DNA of 64,000 bases, taken from NCBI GenBank assembly GCA_964525985.1, contig CAZGLW010000002.1:3281-67280 (forward strand), given 5' to 3'. Position 1 is the stretch's first letter, and the number at the start of each line of letters is the position of its first letter. Shown here piece after piece: positions 27,790 through 37,527 of the stretch. The notes under the pieces were generated by a model. The model saw nothing but the letters and a program-made list of their open reading frames with translations, did no database searches and had not been told where the DNA came from. Origin of the DNA: an uncultured Acutalibacter sp. GTDB lineage: Bacteria; Bacillota; Clostridia; Oscillospirales; Acutalibacteraceae. The translations under genes and the position numbers were made by a program.

Positions 27790-29285
27790 AACCGTCGAAA
27801 GGCTTCCCGGCCGTCTTCGGTATCTTTATACACACCGGCATTGCCCAAAATTTTGCCGAAAATATCGCCGATGCTATCCTTCACCGCCTTCTCCGCGTTT
27901 TCGGCGGTGACCCCGGATGTCTTCAATTCTTCAAACCAGTCCCGGTGTTTTTCCATATCCGGCTCGTTAAAAATGGTCCGGGCTTTCCGGGGATCGGACA
28001 GAGCCTCTACCATTTTTTCAGTCTCTCCCAAAAGGCGGGGAGGCAGGATAGCCAGGCCCATCACTTCAATAAGGCCGATATTCTCTTTTTTAATATGGTG
28101 ATACTCGGCGTGGGGATGGAACAGGCCCAAAGGATGCTCTTCTGTGGTGCGGTTGTTCCGCAGAACCAGGTCCAGTTCAAAGTCCTCTCCTCTGCGGCGG
28201 GCAATGGGCGTAATGGTATTGTGGGGAGTGTCACCGGTATAGGCGTAAATGTCCGCTGCCTCGTCGGTGTAGTCCCGCCACTTGGTTAAAATGCGATCGG
28301 CAAGCTCGATCAGATCCTCCTTGTTCCCAGAGCGCAAGCGGATGACCGACATGGGCCATTTTACAATGCCAGCTTTCACATCCTGAAAACCACAGAAGGA
28401 CATTTCACTTTCTAGCGGGGCTTTTGCCATAGGGAACTCGTAATTGCCACCCTGGAAATGGTCATGGGACAGGATAGAACCGCCCACGATGGGCAGGTCG
28501 GCGTTAGAGCCCACAAAATAGTGTGGCAGGAACGTCACAAAATCCAGTAAACGCTCAAAGGAAGCGCGGCTGACCTTCATGGGCCTGTGCTCGGCGCTTA
28601 ACACGATACAGTGCTCGTTATAATACACGTAGGGAGAATACTGCAAAAACCAGGGCTCCCCGCAAAGGGACAGGGGAATAAGCCTGTGATTTCCCCGGGC
28701 CGCCTGGTTGGCACTTCCCTGAAAGCCTTCGTTTTCCCGGCACAGAGCGCATTTGGGGTACCCTGACTGGGGAGCGTTTTTTGCCGCTGCGATAGCCTTA
28801 GGGTCCTTTTCCGGCTTTGACAGATTGATGGTGACGACCAGGTCCCCGTACTTCGTGGGAGCGGTCCACATTTTGTCCTTTTCCACCCGGTCCACATGGA
28901 TGTAATCGGAAGCCCGGCTGAGACCGTAGTAATAATCGGTAGCCACTTTCCTGTCCTCCCCGTACAGGTTGTAAAACCTGGCGGCCACTTCCGAGGGTCG
29001 GGGCATCATGCAGTTCATGATCTCCGCGGAAAGCTGGTCCCGGCTATCCCGGGTATCCGGGTCTAAACGACCCTTTTCAGCCGCCCAGCAGCACAGTTTT
29101 TCCAGGGGATCGGCAGGATAGGGCAGCGATTCCTCCACATCCCGCCATTCAAACCGGCCCTCGCCCAACAAAGCCAACATCCGGTTGACAGCGTACACCT
29201 GATCCTCCGGCTGTAAAAGTTTCTTTTGCAGACCGTACCGCACAAGCCTGCTTACCTCCAGGTTAAAATCTGTCCCGCTCATCAT
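27774..29285 (-). CDS. galT: Galactose-1-phosphate uridylyltransferase (class II)
   Basis: TINLSKPEKDP, YSPYVYYNEH, GSNADLPIVGGSILSHDHFQGG. Confidence 0.97.
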   Translation of the reverse strand: MMSGTDFNLEVSRLVRYGLQKKLLQPEDQVYAVNRMLALLGEGRFEWRDVEESLPYPADPLEKLCCWAAEKGRLDPDTRDSRDQLSAEIMNCMMPRPSEVAARFYNLYGEDRKVATDYYYGLSRASDYIHVDRVEKDKMWTAPTKYGDLVVTINLSKPEKDPKAIAAAKNAPQSGYPKCALCRENEGFQGSANQAARGNHRLIPLSLCGEPWFLQYSPYVYYNEHCIVLSAEHRPMKVSRASFERLLDFVTFLPHYFVGSNADLPIVGGSILSHDHFQGGNYEFPMAKAPLESEMSFCGFQDVKAGIVKWPMSVIRLRSGNKEDLIELADRILTKWRDYTDEAADIYAYTGDTPHNTITPIARRRGEDFELDLVLRNNRTTEEHPLGLFHPHAEYHHIKKENIGLIEVMGLAILPPRLLGETEKMVEALSDPRKARTIFNEPDMEKHRDWFEELKTSGVTAENAEKAVKDSIGDIFGKILGNAGVYKDTEDGREAFRRFCRTI

Positions 29286-29351
29286 AGCTTCCCCTTTCCA
29301 CATCAGTTTAGTTTATTTTACACCATAATCCCGCCGGAAACAAGGGAAAAC

Positions 29352-29377
29352 AAAAAATCCCGCCAAAACGGCGGGAT
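29352..29377 (-). terminator. Terminator after antiporter
   Basis: ATCCCGCC-GTTTT-GGCGGGAT-TTTTT. Confidence 0.75.
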
Positions 29378-29394
29378 ATTCTTCCATAAGCGGC

Positions 29395-30672
29395 CTACCG
29401 TTTGGGCAGAGCGGCGCCCTCTACGGTGTCCTCGTCCTGCTGGGGCTTGATGTCTCCGGCGGCGGTAAGGGCCATCTTGGTGAGCGTGGGACCTACCAAC
29501 TCGTAAATCAGCACGCCAAACAGCACAATACTGCGAATGGTGGATCCGATCTCGCCCAACACCCCCACCTGCGACGCCATACCCAAAGCCACGCCGGCCT
29601 GGGGCAGCAGGGTAATTCCCAAATACCGCTTGACCTGGAAGGGGCATTTTGCCATGCGGCTGCTTATATAAGCGCCGACATACTTGCCGATAGAGCGGGA
29701 AAGGATGTACACCACGCCCACACCTACAATAGCCAGATCGGTGAACACGTCAAAGTGAAGCTCTGCGCCGCTCAACACAAAGAACAGGGTAAGGAACGGG
29801 GCGGACCACTTATCGGCCCGGTCCATCAGATCCTCAGAAATGGGACAGATGTTGCAGAACACGGTGCCCATCATCATGCACACCAGCAAAGAAGAAAACT
29901 TGATCTCCAATTCCCCAATTGTAAAGGACATCATGGAAAGGGCTACCGCCATAATGACGAACCCGGCGATCATGGCCGTGCGGTTCCGGCGGGACTTAAA
30001 CCACTTTTCCAGATAACTGAGGCCCCAGCCAAGCAGACCGCCCAGCAGGAGGGAAAGGACGATTTCCAGCAAAGGAGCCACAGCAATTGAAAGCACGCTG
30101 GCGCTGTTGGAGGTCATTGCCTGGGCCGCGCCGAAGGAAACAGCGAAGATGATAAGCCCCACCGCGTCATCCAGGGCCACCACGGGCAGCAGAATATCGG
30201 TAACGGGGCCCTTAGCCTTGTACTGCCGCACCACCATCAGGGTAGCGGCCGGGGCTGTAGCGGCAGCAATAGCGCCCAAAGTGATGCAGGCCGAAACAGG
30301 CAACTTGTCCCCCAGGAAGATGTGCAGGATCAGCAAAGCCGCGTCTACCAGTAAAGTGGCCGTAAAAGCCTGGAACACACCAACAATCACAGCGGCCTTG
30401 CCGGTGGTCTCCAGTGAGGAGAGCCGGAACTCGCTGCCAATAGCAAAAGCGATGAATCCCAAAGCAACATCGGAGATGACCGACAGGCCTTCTACCTGCT
30501 CGAAGGTATTAAAACCAATACCGGGAATGCCAAAAGCGCCAATCAGGCAAGGCCCCAGTAAAACGCCGGTAATCAGATAAGAGGTCACATCGGGAAGATT
30601 AAAACGTTTTAACAGCCGGGTCATCATCATGCCGGCTACCAACGCTACGGAAATGCTTAAAAGCGTTACCAT
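29395..30672 (-). CDS. Cation:proton antiporter (KefB/CPA2-like)
   Basis: ATAPAATLMV, VVALDDA, FFVLSGAEL, LLPQAGVALG. Confidence 0.93.
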   Translation of the reverse strand: MVTLLSISVALVAGMMMTRLLKRFNLPDVTSYLITGVLLGPCLIGAFGIPGIGFNTFEQVEGLSVISDVALGFIAFAIGSEFRLSSLETTGKAAVIVGVFQAFTATLLVDAALLILHIFLGDKLPVSACITLGAIAAATAPAATLMVVRQYKAKGPVTDILLPVVALDDAVGLIIFAVSFGAAQAMTSNSASVLSIAVAPLLEIVLSLLLGGLLGWGLSYLEKWFKSRRNRTAMIAGFVIMAVALSMMSFTIGELEIKFSSLLVCMMMGTVFCNICPISEDLMDRADKWSAPFLTLFFVLSGAELHFDVFTDLAIVGVGVVYILSRSIGKYVGAYISSRMAKCPFQVKRYLGITLLPQAGVALGMASQVGVLGEIGSTIRSIVLFGVLIYELVGPTLTKMALTAAGDIKPQQDEDTVEGAALPKR

Positions 30673-30695
30673 AAAAACCCCCTCTTTCGTAAATT

Positions 30696-30747
30696 CGTTC
30701 CCACGGGCTTTACCAAATGACACGGTTTCCGCATATCCTGCAAAACG
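30696..30747 (-). ncRNA. Candidate monovalent-cation (Na+/Li+-like) riboswitch
   Basis: CGUUUUGCAGG-AUAUGCGG-AAA-CCGUGU-CAUUUGGUAAAGCC-CGUGGGAACG directly after promoter TTGACA-17-TAAGAT. Confidence 0.4.
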
Positions 30748-30844
30748 CTCTTATCTTACCCCTATTTCGCGCTTTTGTCAATCACCGAAACAACGAAAAA
30801 CAGGCCGCTGCCCGTTAAATTTTCGGACAGCGGCCCCTTGCCCC

Positions 30845-31717
30845 TTATTCAGCCTCTCCCTCGTTCATCCGGTCCAGCACCCGGCTGATCACCGCCAGGG
30901 CCCGCACATAGCTGTAGCTTGCGTCTATTCTGGTATCTCCCGACGGCGTCGTGCCGGTCCCCGCCAGGTTCAGTTCATCGTAAACCCGGCGCACATCCCC
31001 TCTGGCCCAGTTGGGCAAAGAGGCAATGGTCCTGTACCGTTCTTCGTTTTCCTGGTACACCATCTGCGCTTCTTCCCGGGCAAGCCGGGCGATCTCATCC
31101 CGCGTCAAATCCGTCACCTCCATCCCGCCGATGATGGCCGGGTAATCTTTATAAGCCCGGTCCTTATCAAAGCGTTTGCCGTTAATAACCCCGCTGTTGG
31201 TATACTGCCACATCCCATACGGCCCGTCAAAGTCCAGCGTATCGTCCCACTGGGCTATCCACCTGTCAAACCTGTCCAGCCTGGGGCTGGAAAGCCGGGT
31301 CTGCCACCAGTATAAAAACGAGTAAATGCCGCAGTAAAAGCCGGCGTCCTCAATAGCCTGACAATAGGCCGCGCAATTTTCAATAATGGCCTCCCCTGCC
31401 GGCAGAGAACTGTCTTCCACGTCGTACCATACGCCATAAAGGGGCCTTTTCCCCCGCAGAAGCCGCAAGGTATGAGCGGCCTCGCTGCGGGCCATGTCTG
31501 TATTCTGGGCATATGAATACAGATACACCCCATAAGGGAGTCCCGCGGCCTCGCATTTGCGCACGTTGGCTTCATATTGGCTGTCATCCTGGTTCACAAA
31601 ATCACTGCCATAACCGCACCGGATGATGACAAAATCTGCCTGCCCCTTCATAGCGGCGATATCCACATCGCCGTTAAATTCTGAAATATCGATCCCTGTC
31701 GCCGATACTTCTGCCAT
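30845..31717 (-). CDS. GH25 muramidase without signal peptide
   Basis: GIDISEFNG, WYDVE, WQYT; C-terminal LPNWAR helical domain. Confidence 0.88.
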   Translation of the reverse strand: MAEVSATGIDISEFNGDVDIAAMKGQADFVIIRCGYGSDFVNQDDSQYEANVRKCEAAGLPYGVYLYSYAQNTDMARSEAAHTLRLLRGKRPLYGVWYDVEDSSLPAGEAIIENCAAYCQAIEDAGFYCGIYSFLYWWQTRLSSPRLDRFDRWIAQWDDTLDFDGPYGMWQYTNSGVINGKRFDKDRAYKDYPAIIGGMEVTDLTRDEIARLAREEAQMVYQENEERYRTIASLPNWARGDVRRVYDELNLAGTGTTPSGDTRIDASYSYVRALAVISRVLDRMNEGEAE

Positions 31718-31875
31718 TAGCCTTTCACCTCCCCGGGAGATCACCTTCTCCCCCTGGGACAGGATATGCGAAACGGCAAAAAATGACAACCGCCCCGCCA
31801 AAAACCGAGAACAGAAGATTTTTGCTTCAAAGCCTTGACTTGGGGTAGAAAATCTGATACAATGCTATCTGTTGC

Positions 31876-31952
31876 GGGGGCATAGCTCAGCTGGTTAGAG
31901 CGCCTGCTTCACACGTAGGAGGTCACAGGTTCGAGTCCTGTTGTCCCCACCA
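31876..31952 (+). tRNA. tRNA-Val(CAC)
   Basis: Full cloverleaf with CCTGC-TTCACAC-GTAGG anticodon arm, GGTTCGAGTCC and CCA end; promoter TTGACT-17-TACAAT at 31835-31863. Confidence 0.97.
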
Positions 31953-31954
31953 AA

Positions 31955-32008
31955 ACGAAGAAATCCGAACTTCGTCTTTTTAAGGACGGCGTTCGGATTC
32001 TTCATTTC
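31955..32008 (+). terminator. Hairpin after tRNA-Val
   Basis: GAAGAAATCCGAAC...GTTCGGATTCTTC-ATTTC. Confidence 0.55.
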
Positions 32009-32857
32009 TATTGAGGATATAGGAATTGCATATTAGCTAAAGAGCCGAGAAGTGCAGAAAAGGTTCCTCATGCAACGCTCCAGTTTCCTTGCAGGGTCTC
32101 CTCAATCGTGGCGCTGCCTTCTTGAGTTTGTGCGGCGAGTTCGCCGGGTGGCACAATTTCAACATTCATCACTTGATATTCGCCGCTCTCATAACTTTTT
32201 ACCATGATTGATAAAGGACTATTCTTTGCTTACTGCGGCTCAAAATTTACGTCGCTATATTCTGTCACTTCTACTTGAAAAGCCACAGCCTTTTTGCTAT
32301 GCTGAAATCATGAAGAAAGACGGATTTCTATTTGAAGTCTTTCTGCTTATGTGCTTGATGCTACCAGTGGGAAACAGATTCCCGCAAATATCCGGAGCGC
32401 TATAAAAGGCGATTTCCAAAAACCGAAGATGAGGCCTTGAAGAAATATGCGCCGGAGCTTGCCATACCCATAGTTAGTTGGATTGAGATCCTATCGTGGT
32501 GTGCCGGAGAGGCGCTGGCCTTCTGTGGACCGTTCTGCGCTGTATGAGCCGACAGAAGAGTTCCCGTTGTCCCCGCCAAAACGGAACTTTTCATGTCTTG
32601 TGTCGGGGAGGTTCCCTTTTTATTAGCGATGAAAGGCACCGCCGCCTTTCCGCCGCTCAAAACCGTGCCTCTCCTCCCATATTGTGAAAACGGCACGGAA
32701 AGGATAAAACGGAACGGGAGCAAAAATATTTTTCCAAATGATATTTTTTTGTAGAAAAACCGAATACAGAATGATATAATATTGTGTGTAAGCGGCATGA
32801 CCGCCATGTACTGAAAAAGCGGCGAAAGCGCCGTACATAGAGAGAGGAGTTGTTTCT

Positions 32858-34684
32858 TTGAACCGATTGCAGATCATCCACCCCAGCGACAGACAGAAAA
32901 CCGTGGCCCAACTCTATTCCGATTTGGCCCGGCGGGGCTCTGTTGCTCCTCATGGGAACTGCCCTTTAGAGCAGAGCGCTGCCTTTTTAAAGCTGTGCGC
33001 CTCCCAAAGCTGCGGCAAATGCGTACCGTGCCGGGTGGGCCTGGACCAGGCAGCCGGCATTATGGAGCGCATTTCAGAGGGCAGGGGAGAACTTTCGGAC
33101 ATTGCCACCTTAGAGGCCCTGGCCGAAAGTATCCGCGACAGCGCCGACTGTGCCATCGGCTCTGAAGCCGCCAAAAGCATTAGCCAGTGCCTGAAGTCCT
33201 TCCGGCAGGATTTTATTTCCCATATCGAAAAGGGCCGCTGTACCACCGTGTTCGATTCCGTGCCCTGCCGGGCGGGCTGTCCCGCTCATGTTGACATTCC
33301 CGGCTATATTGCCCTGGTCCGTGCCGGACGATACGCCGACGCTATCAGGGTCATCCGCTATGATAATCCATTTCCGTCGGTCTGCGCATTGGTGTGTGAG
33401 CATCCTTGCGAAATGGCGTGCCGCCGAAACATGGTGGATGACGCCGTGAATATCCGGGGCATCAAGCGTGTGGCTGTAGACGGCGCCGGAGAGGTGCCTT
33501 GCCCTGACTGTATGCGGTCCACCGGCAAGAGGATCGCCGTAGTGGGAGGTGGCCCCTCCGGCCTGACCGCCGCCTATTATCTGCAGCTGATGGGCCACCA
33601 GGTGACCCTTTACGAACAGCGTGCCCGCCTGGGAGGTATGATGCGTTACGGTATCCCCCGCTACCGCCTGCCGGACGAGTATCTTGACCGCGACATCAAC
33701 GCCATTCTGAGTACCGGGGTACAGGTGCATACCGGCGAAACTATCGACGGCGCCGGCTACCAGGCCCTCCGGGAAAAATTTGACGCCGTGTACCTTGCTA
33801 TTGGGGCTCATTCCTACCGGGGTCTGGGGGTTGAAGGTGAGGACGCTGAAAATGTCCTTTCCGCCGTAGAACTTTTGCGGGCTATGGGCGACGGAGAGGC
33901 TCCCGATTTTGCTGGCAAACGTGTGGTAGTAGTCGGCGGCGGAAACGTGGCTATGGACTGTACTCGCACCGCCATGCGCTTGGGGGCCAAGAGCGTACAG
34001 TGTGTGTACCGCCGCCGCCAGGCCGACATGACCGCCCTCCCCGCCGAGGTGGAGGCCGCGATTGCAGAGAACTGTGAAATCGTCACCATGCAGGCTCCTG
34101 TCCGGGTGGAAAAAGATGCGGACGGCCGTGTGGCCGCTCTCATCACCCAGCCCCAGATCCCGGGGGCTTACGCACAGGGTCGTCCCAAGCCCATCCCGGC
34201 CGATAAGGCCGAAGAGCGCATTGAGTGCGATGTGATCATCGCGGCAATTGGCCAGGTGGTTGACAGCGCCGATCTGGCGAAGCACGGTCTGCCCACCCTG
34301 CGGCAGAATATCCAGAGCGACGAGGGCTGTATGGTTTTCCAGAGCAAGGGCGTGTTTGCCGGCGGTGACTGCGCCAGCGGACCATCCACCGTCATCCGTG
34401 CGGTAGAGGCCGGTAAAACTGCCGCTGCCAACATCGACGCCTACCTGGGATTCAACAATGTGCTGCCCCAGACCGTGGAGATTCCTCCCGCCCAGAGCGC
34501 GGTACTGGGACCTTGCGGCCGGATCGAACTGGGGGAGCGCCCCGCCGACAGCCGCAAACACGATTTTGAACTTACCGAACTGAATATGACCGGTCAGGAG
34601 GCCGCTCAGGAATGTTCCCGGTGCCTGCGCTGCGACCATTATGGCTTCGGGGCATTCCGGGAAGGGAGGAACGCCAAATGGTAA
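32858..34684 (+). CDS. GltD-like NAD(P)-dependent flavoprotein with NuoF-type 4Fe-4S N-domain
   Basis: SCGKCVPCRVG...CAIG; CRAGCP; CALVCEHPCEMAC; GGGPSG; GGGNVAMD; CLRC. Confidence 0.92.
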   Translation: MNRLQIIHPSDRQKTVAQLYSDLARRGSVAPHGNCPLEQSAAFLKLCASQSCGKCVPCRVGLDQAAGIMERISEGRGELSDIATLEALAESIRDSADCAIGSEAAKSISQCLKSFRQDFISHIEKGRCTTVFDSVPCRAGCPAHVDIPGYIALVRAGRYADAIRVIRYDNPFPSVCALVCEHPCEMACRRNMVDDAVNIRGIKRVAVDGAGEVPCPDCMRSTGKRIAVVGGGPSGLTAAYYLQLMGHQVTLYEQRARLGGMMRYGIPRYRLPDEYLDRDINAILSTGVQVHTGETIDGAGYQALREKFDAVYLAIGAHSYRGLGVEGEDAENVLSAVELLRAMGDGEAPDFAGKRVVVVGGGNVAMDCTRTAMRLGAKSVQCVYRRRQADMTALPAEVEAAIAENCEIVTMQAPVRVEKDADGRVAALITQPQIPGAYAQGRPKPIPADKAEERIECDVIIAAIGQVVDSADLAKHGLPTLRQNIQSDEGCMVFQSKGVFAGGDCASGPSTVIRAVEAGKTAAANIDAYLGFNNVLPQTVEIPPAQSAVLGPCGRIELGERPADSRKHDFELTELNMTGQEAAQECSRCLRCDHYGFGAFREGRNAKW

Positions 34685-36390
34685 ATATTGTTATCGATGG
34701 GAAAAAAGTTAGTGTAGAACCTGGCACTACCATTCTGGCCGCCGCCGAAAAGGCCGGCGTCCACATCCCCACCCTGTGCTATTTAAAAGGGATTAACGAG
34801 ATCGCCGCCTGCCGTGTCTGTGTGGTAGAGGTGGAGGGAAACGAGAAGCTGTCCGCCGCCTGCAATACCGCTGCGGAGGACGGCATGGTGGTACATACCC
34901 ACAGCCAGCGGGCGCTTACTGCCCGGCGGGTGAACGTCCAGCTTATCCTCTCCCAGCACAACGTGGCGTGCACCACCTGTGCGCGGGGCGGGAACTGCTC
35001 TTTGCAGGAGGTTGCCAAAGAGTTGAACCTTTTGGATGAACCCTTTGAGAAGAAGCCCCTGCCCTTCCGCTGGGACAGGGAAGCTCCCCTCATTCGGAAT
35101 GCCAGTAAATGCATCCAGTGCCTGCGGTGCGTGAACGTGTGCGACAAGGTGCAGAGTCTTGGGGTTTGGTCCCTTAACGGCACGGGCCGTCTCTCCCAGG
35201 TAGGGGTGCGGGACGGCATAGATTTTAAGGATATCAACTGCTCTCTCTGCGGCCAGTGCATCACTCACTGTCCTGTGGGGGCCCTTACCGCCCGGGACGA
35301 TACCCAGAAGGTGCGGGACGCTCTCTCCGATCCTGAGAAGATTACAGTGGTGCAGGTGGCCCCGGCAGTGCGGGCGGCCTGGGGCGCGGCTGTGGGCCTG
35401 CCTGAGGAACTGGCTACAGAAAAGCGCATGGTGGCGGCCATCCGCTCTTTGGGTTTCCAATATGTGTTTGACACCGACTTTTCCGCCGACCTTACCATCA
35501 TGGAAGAGGGCAGCGAACTTTTGAAGCGGTTGGGCGACGGGCAGGAACACCAGTTCCCCATGTTCACCTCCTGCTGTCCCGGCTGGGTGCGCTTTCTGAA
35601 ACTGGAATACCCCGATCTGGTAAAGGAACTCTCCAGCGCGAAATCTCCCCAGCAGATGTTTGGGGCTGTGGCCAAAAGCTGGTACGCCCAGCTGCTGGGC
35701 GTAGAGCCTGAAAAGATTTTCTGCGTCTCCCTCATGCCTTGTACCGCCAAAAAGTACGAGTGCGCCGTTGAGGCTGTAAACGACGCGGCGGAACGCGATG
35801 TGGATGTTGTTCTTACCACCCGGGAGTTGGGCAGGCTCCTCCGGGGCGCTGACCTTGCTTCCCTTCCCGAGGAGGAGTTTGATCAGCCTTTGGGTGTGGC
35901 CTCCGGCGCGGGTGTCATTTTTGGGGCCACCGGCGGCGTAATGGAGGCTGCTCTTCGCAGCGCTTACTTCTTGGCTACCGGCGAGAACCCCGATGCCGAC
36001 GCGTTCTCCCAGGTGCGGGGCATGGACGGCTGGAAAGAGGCCCAGTATGAACTGGGCGGCAGGACCCTTCGGGTCGCTGTGGCGAACGGCTTGGGCAATG
36101 CAAGGAAACTTTGCGACGCGCTTCAGGCCGGCCAGGTGCAGTACGACTTTGTGGAAGTCATGGCATGCCCCGGCGGCTGTGCCGGCGGTGGAGGACAGCC
36201 CATTCAGGACGGCAAAGAGCTTGCCGAGGAACGCGGCCAGCGGCTTTACGATCTGGACCGGGAGAATCCTCTGCGCTTCTCCCATGAGAACCCGTCTATT
36301 CAGGCGCTGTATAAAGAATATATGGGTGCGCCTCTGTCTGAAAAAGCTCATCATCTGCTTCATACTGACCAGTCAGCCTGGAAACTGTAA
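34678..36390 (+). CDS. hydA: [FeFe]-hydrogenase group A catalytic subunit
   Basis: H-cluster motifs TSCCPGW, MPCTAKKYE, EVMACPGGCAGGGGQP; N-terminal 2Fe-2S, His-ligated 4Fe-4S and 2x4Fe-4S. Confidence 0.96.
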   Translation: MVNIVIDGKKVSVEPGTTILAAAEKAGVHIPTLCYLKGINEIAACRVCVVEVEGNEKLSAACNTAAEDGMVVHTHSQRALTARRVNVQLILSQHNVACTTCARGGNCSLQEVAKELNLLDEPFEKKPLPFRWDREAPLIRNASKCIQCLRCVNVCDKVQSLGVWSLNGTGRLSQVGVRDGIDFKDINCSLCGQCITHCPVGALTARDDTQKVRDALSDPEKITVVQVAPAVRAAWGAAVGLPEELATEKRMVAAIRSLGFQYVFDTDFSADLTIMEEGSELLKRLGDGQEHQFPMFTSCCPGWVRFLKLEYPDLVKELSSAKSPQQMFGAVAKSWYAQLLGVEPEKIFCVSLMPCTAKKYECAVEAVNDAAERDVDVVLTTRELGRLLRGADLASLPEEEFDQPLGVASGAGVIFGATGGVMEAALRSAYFLATGENPDADAFSQVRGMDGWKEAQYELGGRTLRVAVANGLGNARKLCDALQAGQVQYDFVEVMACPGGCAGGGGQPIQDGKELAEERGQRLYDLDRENPLRFSHENPSIQALYKEYMGAPLSEKAHHLLHTDQSAWKL

Positions 36391-36409
36391 TTATCAATTC
36401 AGCAGACAT

Positions 36410-36442
36410 CACAGCCCCCGCCGGGTCCGGCGGGGGCTGTTT
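36410..36442. terminator. Terminator between convergent genes
   Basis: ACAGCCCCCGCCGG-GT-CCGGCGGGGGCTGT. Confidence 0.8.
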
Positions 36443-36445
36443 GGC

Positions 36446-37354
36446 TTATTCCGCTGTCTCTATCCTTTTCACAGGTCGAAGGACCTCATAGCCGATCACC
36501 TCGGGGTAGTGCCGTTGGTAGTCCTGGCAGATATCCTCGTTCCATTGCCAGCCCTGTTTCGTCGGGTCGTAATTCCAGGCCAGCTTTTCCACCCGGCCCA
36601 TCACTTCCCCGTAGTCCTTCAGGTAGTCAAAGGGGGGATGGAAAAACACCGTATAATAACTGGCCGGGATATCCCGTATTTCAAAGCCCTCCGGAACGGG
36701 GCCGTCGTAGCCGGCGGGGACGCCGAACCCGTAAAAATAGCCCTTTTGCCCATTTTCATAAAACCAGCCAGCCGTGTGCGGTGTGATGACGGGATGGGAC
36801 ATGTGGCTCATGCTGTCGATGATCCCGCAGACCTTGTCGCAGTCATGCCGGGACCAGAAACTCATATAATCCGTGGCTTTGCTGTCCCAAATGCCCACAT
36901 AGGCGTGGGCGGGGATGTACTCCATTCTCACATTTGCTTCTCTCAGTGCGGTTTGTTCCACAGTAGGTTCTCCTTTCGGATAATGTTCGGGGAAGAAAAC
37001 GACCTGCGCGGGGGAAAGGGCGATGGGACCGGGGCTCTTTCGGTATGCCGCCGGCGTGCATCCATAAGCACTTACAAAGGCTCTGGTCAAAGCCTCTTGG
37101 GAAGAGTACCCAAAGGCCAGGGCGATGTCCAGAAGTCTCTTTTTCGTGTCCCGAATCTCCAGGGCGGCCTTTGTCAGCCGTCTTTTCGCCACGTAGCTTT
37201 TGATGGTCGTGCCCACGATCTCGTGGAATTTGGAGGAACAGTAATAGGGGGAATACCCTATCTGCCTCGACATGTCAAAAAGCGTAGGATTTTCCGTGAG
37301 ATGTTCCTCAAGCCAGTCGATCATGGCCTGAATCGACGCGTTCCATTCGTACAA
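36446..37354 (-). CDS. AraC family regulator with GyrI-like effector domain
   Basis: N-terminal HTH YSPYY...FGYSSQEALTRAF; TTG start. Confidence 0.9.
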   Translation of the reverse strand: MYEWNASIQAMIDWLEEHLTENPTLFDMSRQIGYSPYYCSSKFHEIVGTTIKSYVAKRRLTKAALEIRDTKKRLLDIALAFGYSSQEALTRAFVSAYGCTPAAYRKSPGPIALSPAQVVFFPEHYPKGEPTVEQTALREANVRMEYIPAHAYVGIWDSKATDYMSFWSRHDCDKVCGIIDSMSHMSHPVITPHTAGWFYENGQKGYFYGFGVPAGYDGPVPEGFEIRDIPASYYTVFFHPPFDYLKDYGEVMGRVEKLAWNYDPTKQGWQWNEDICQDYQRHYPEVIGYEVLRPVKRIETAE

Positions 37355-37527
37355 GCTGTTTCGCCCCCTTGATTCCGATTATATCACACCACAGCAGTGG
37401 AAAATCTTGATGTAAGTTGCGGGAAAAACCGTGGCGTCCGCAGAATGCGATTGATTTTTTCCTAAAAATTAACTATACTGTAAGAAAAGGCGGGAAAAAC
37501 GCCGGGAGAAAGGACGAGGGCGCAGAA

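Noticed and set aside
32681-32700. Rex box upstream of the hydrogenase operon (TTGTGAA...)
   Set aside because: Only one half-site matches.
33110-36363. Long antisense ORFs (509 and 526 aa) opposite the hydrogenase genes, and similar ones elsewhere
   Set aside because: Shadow frames from GC-rich codon bias; no motifs or RBS.
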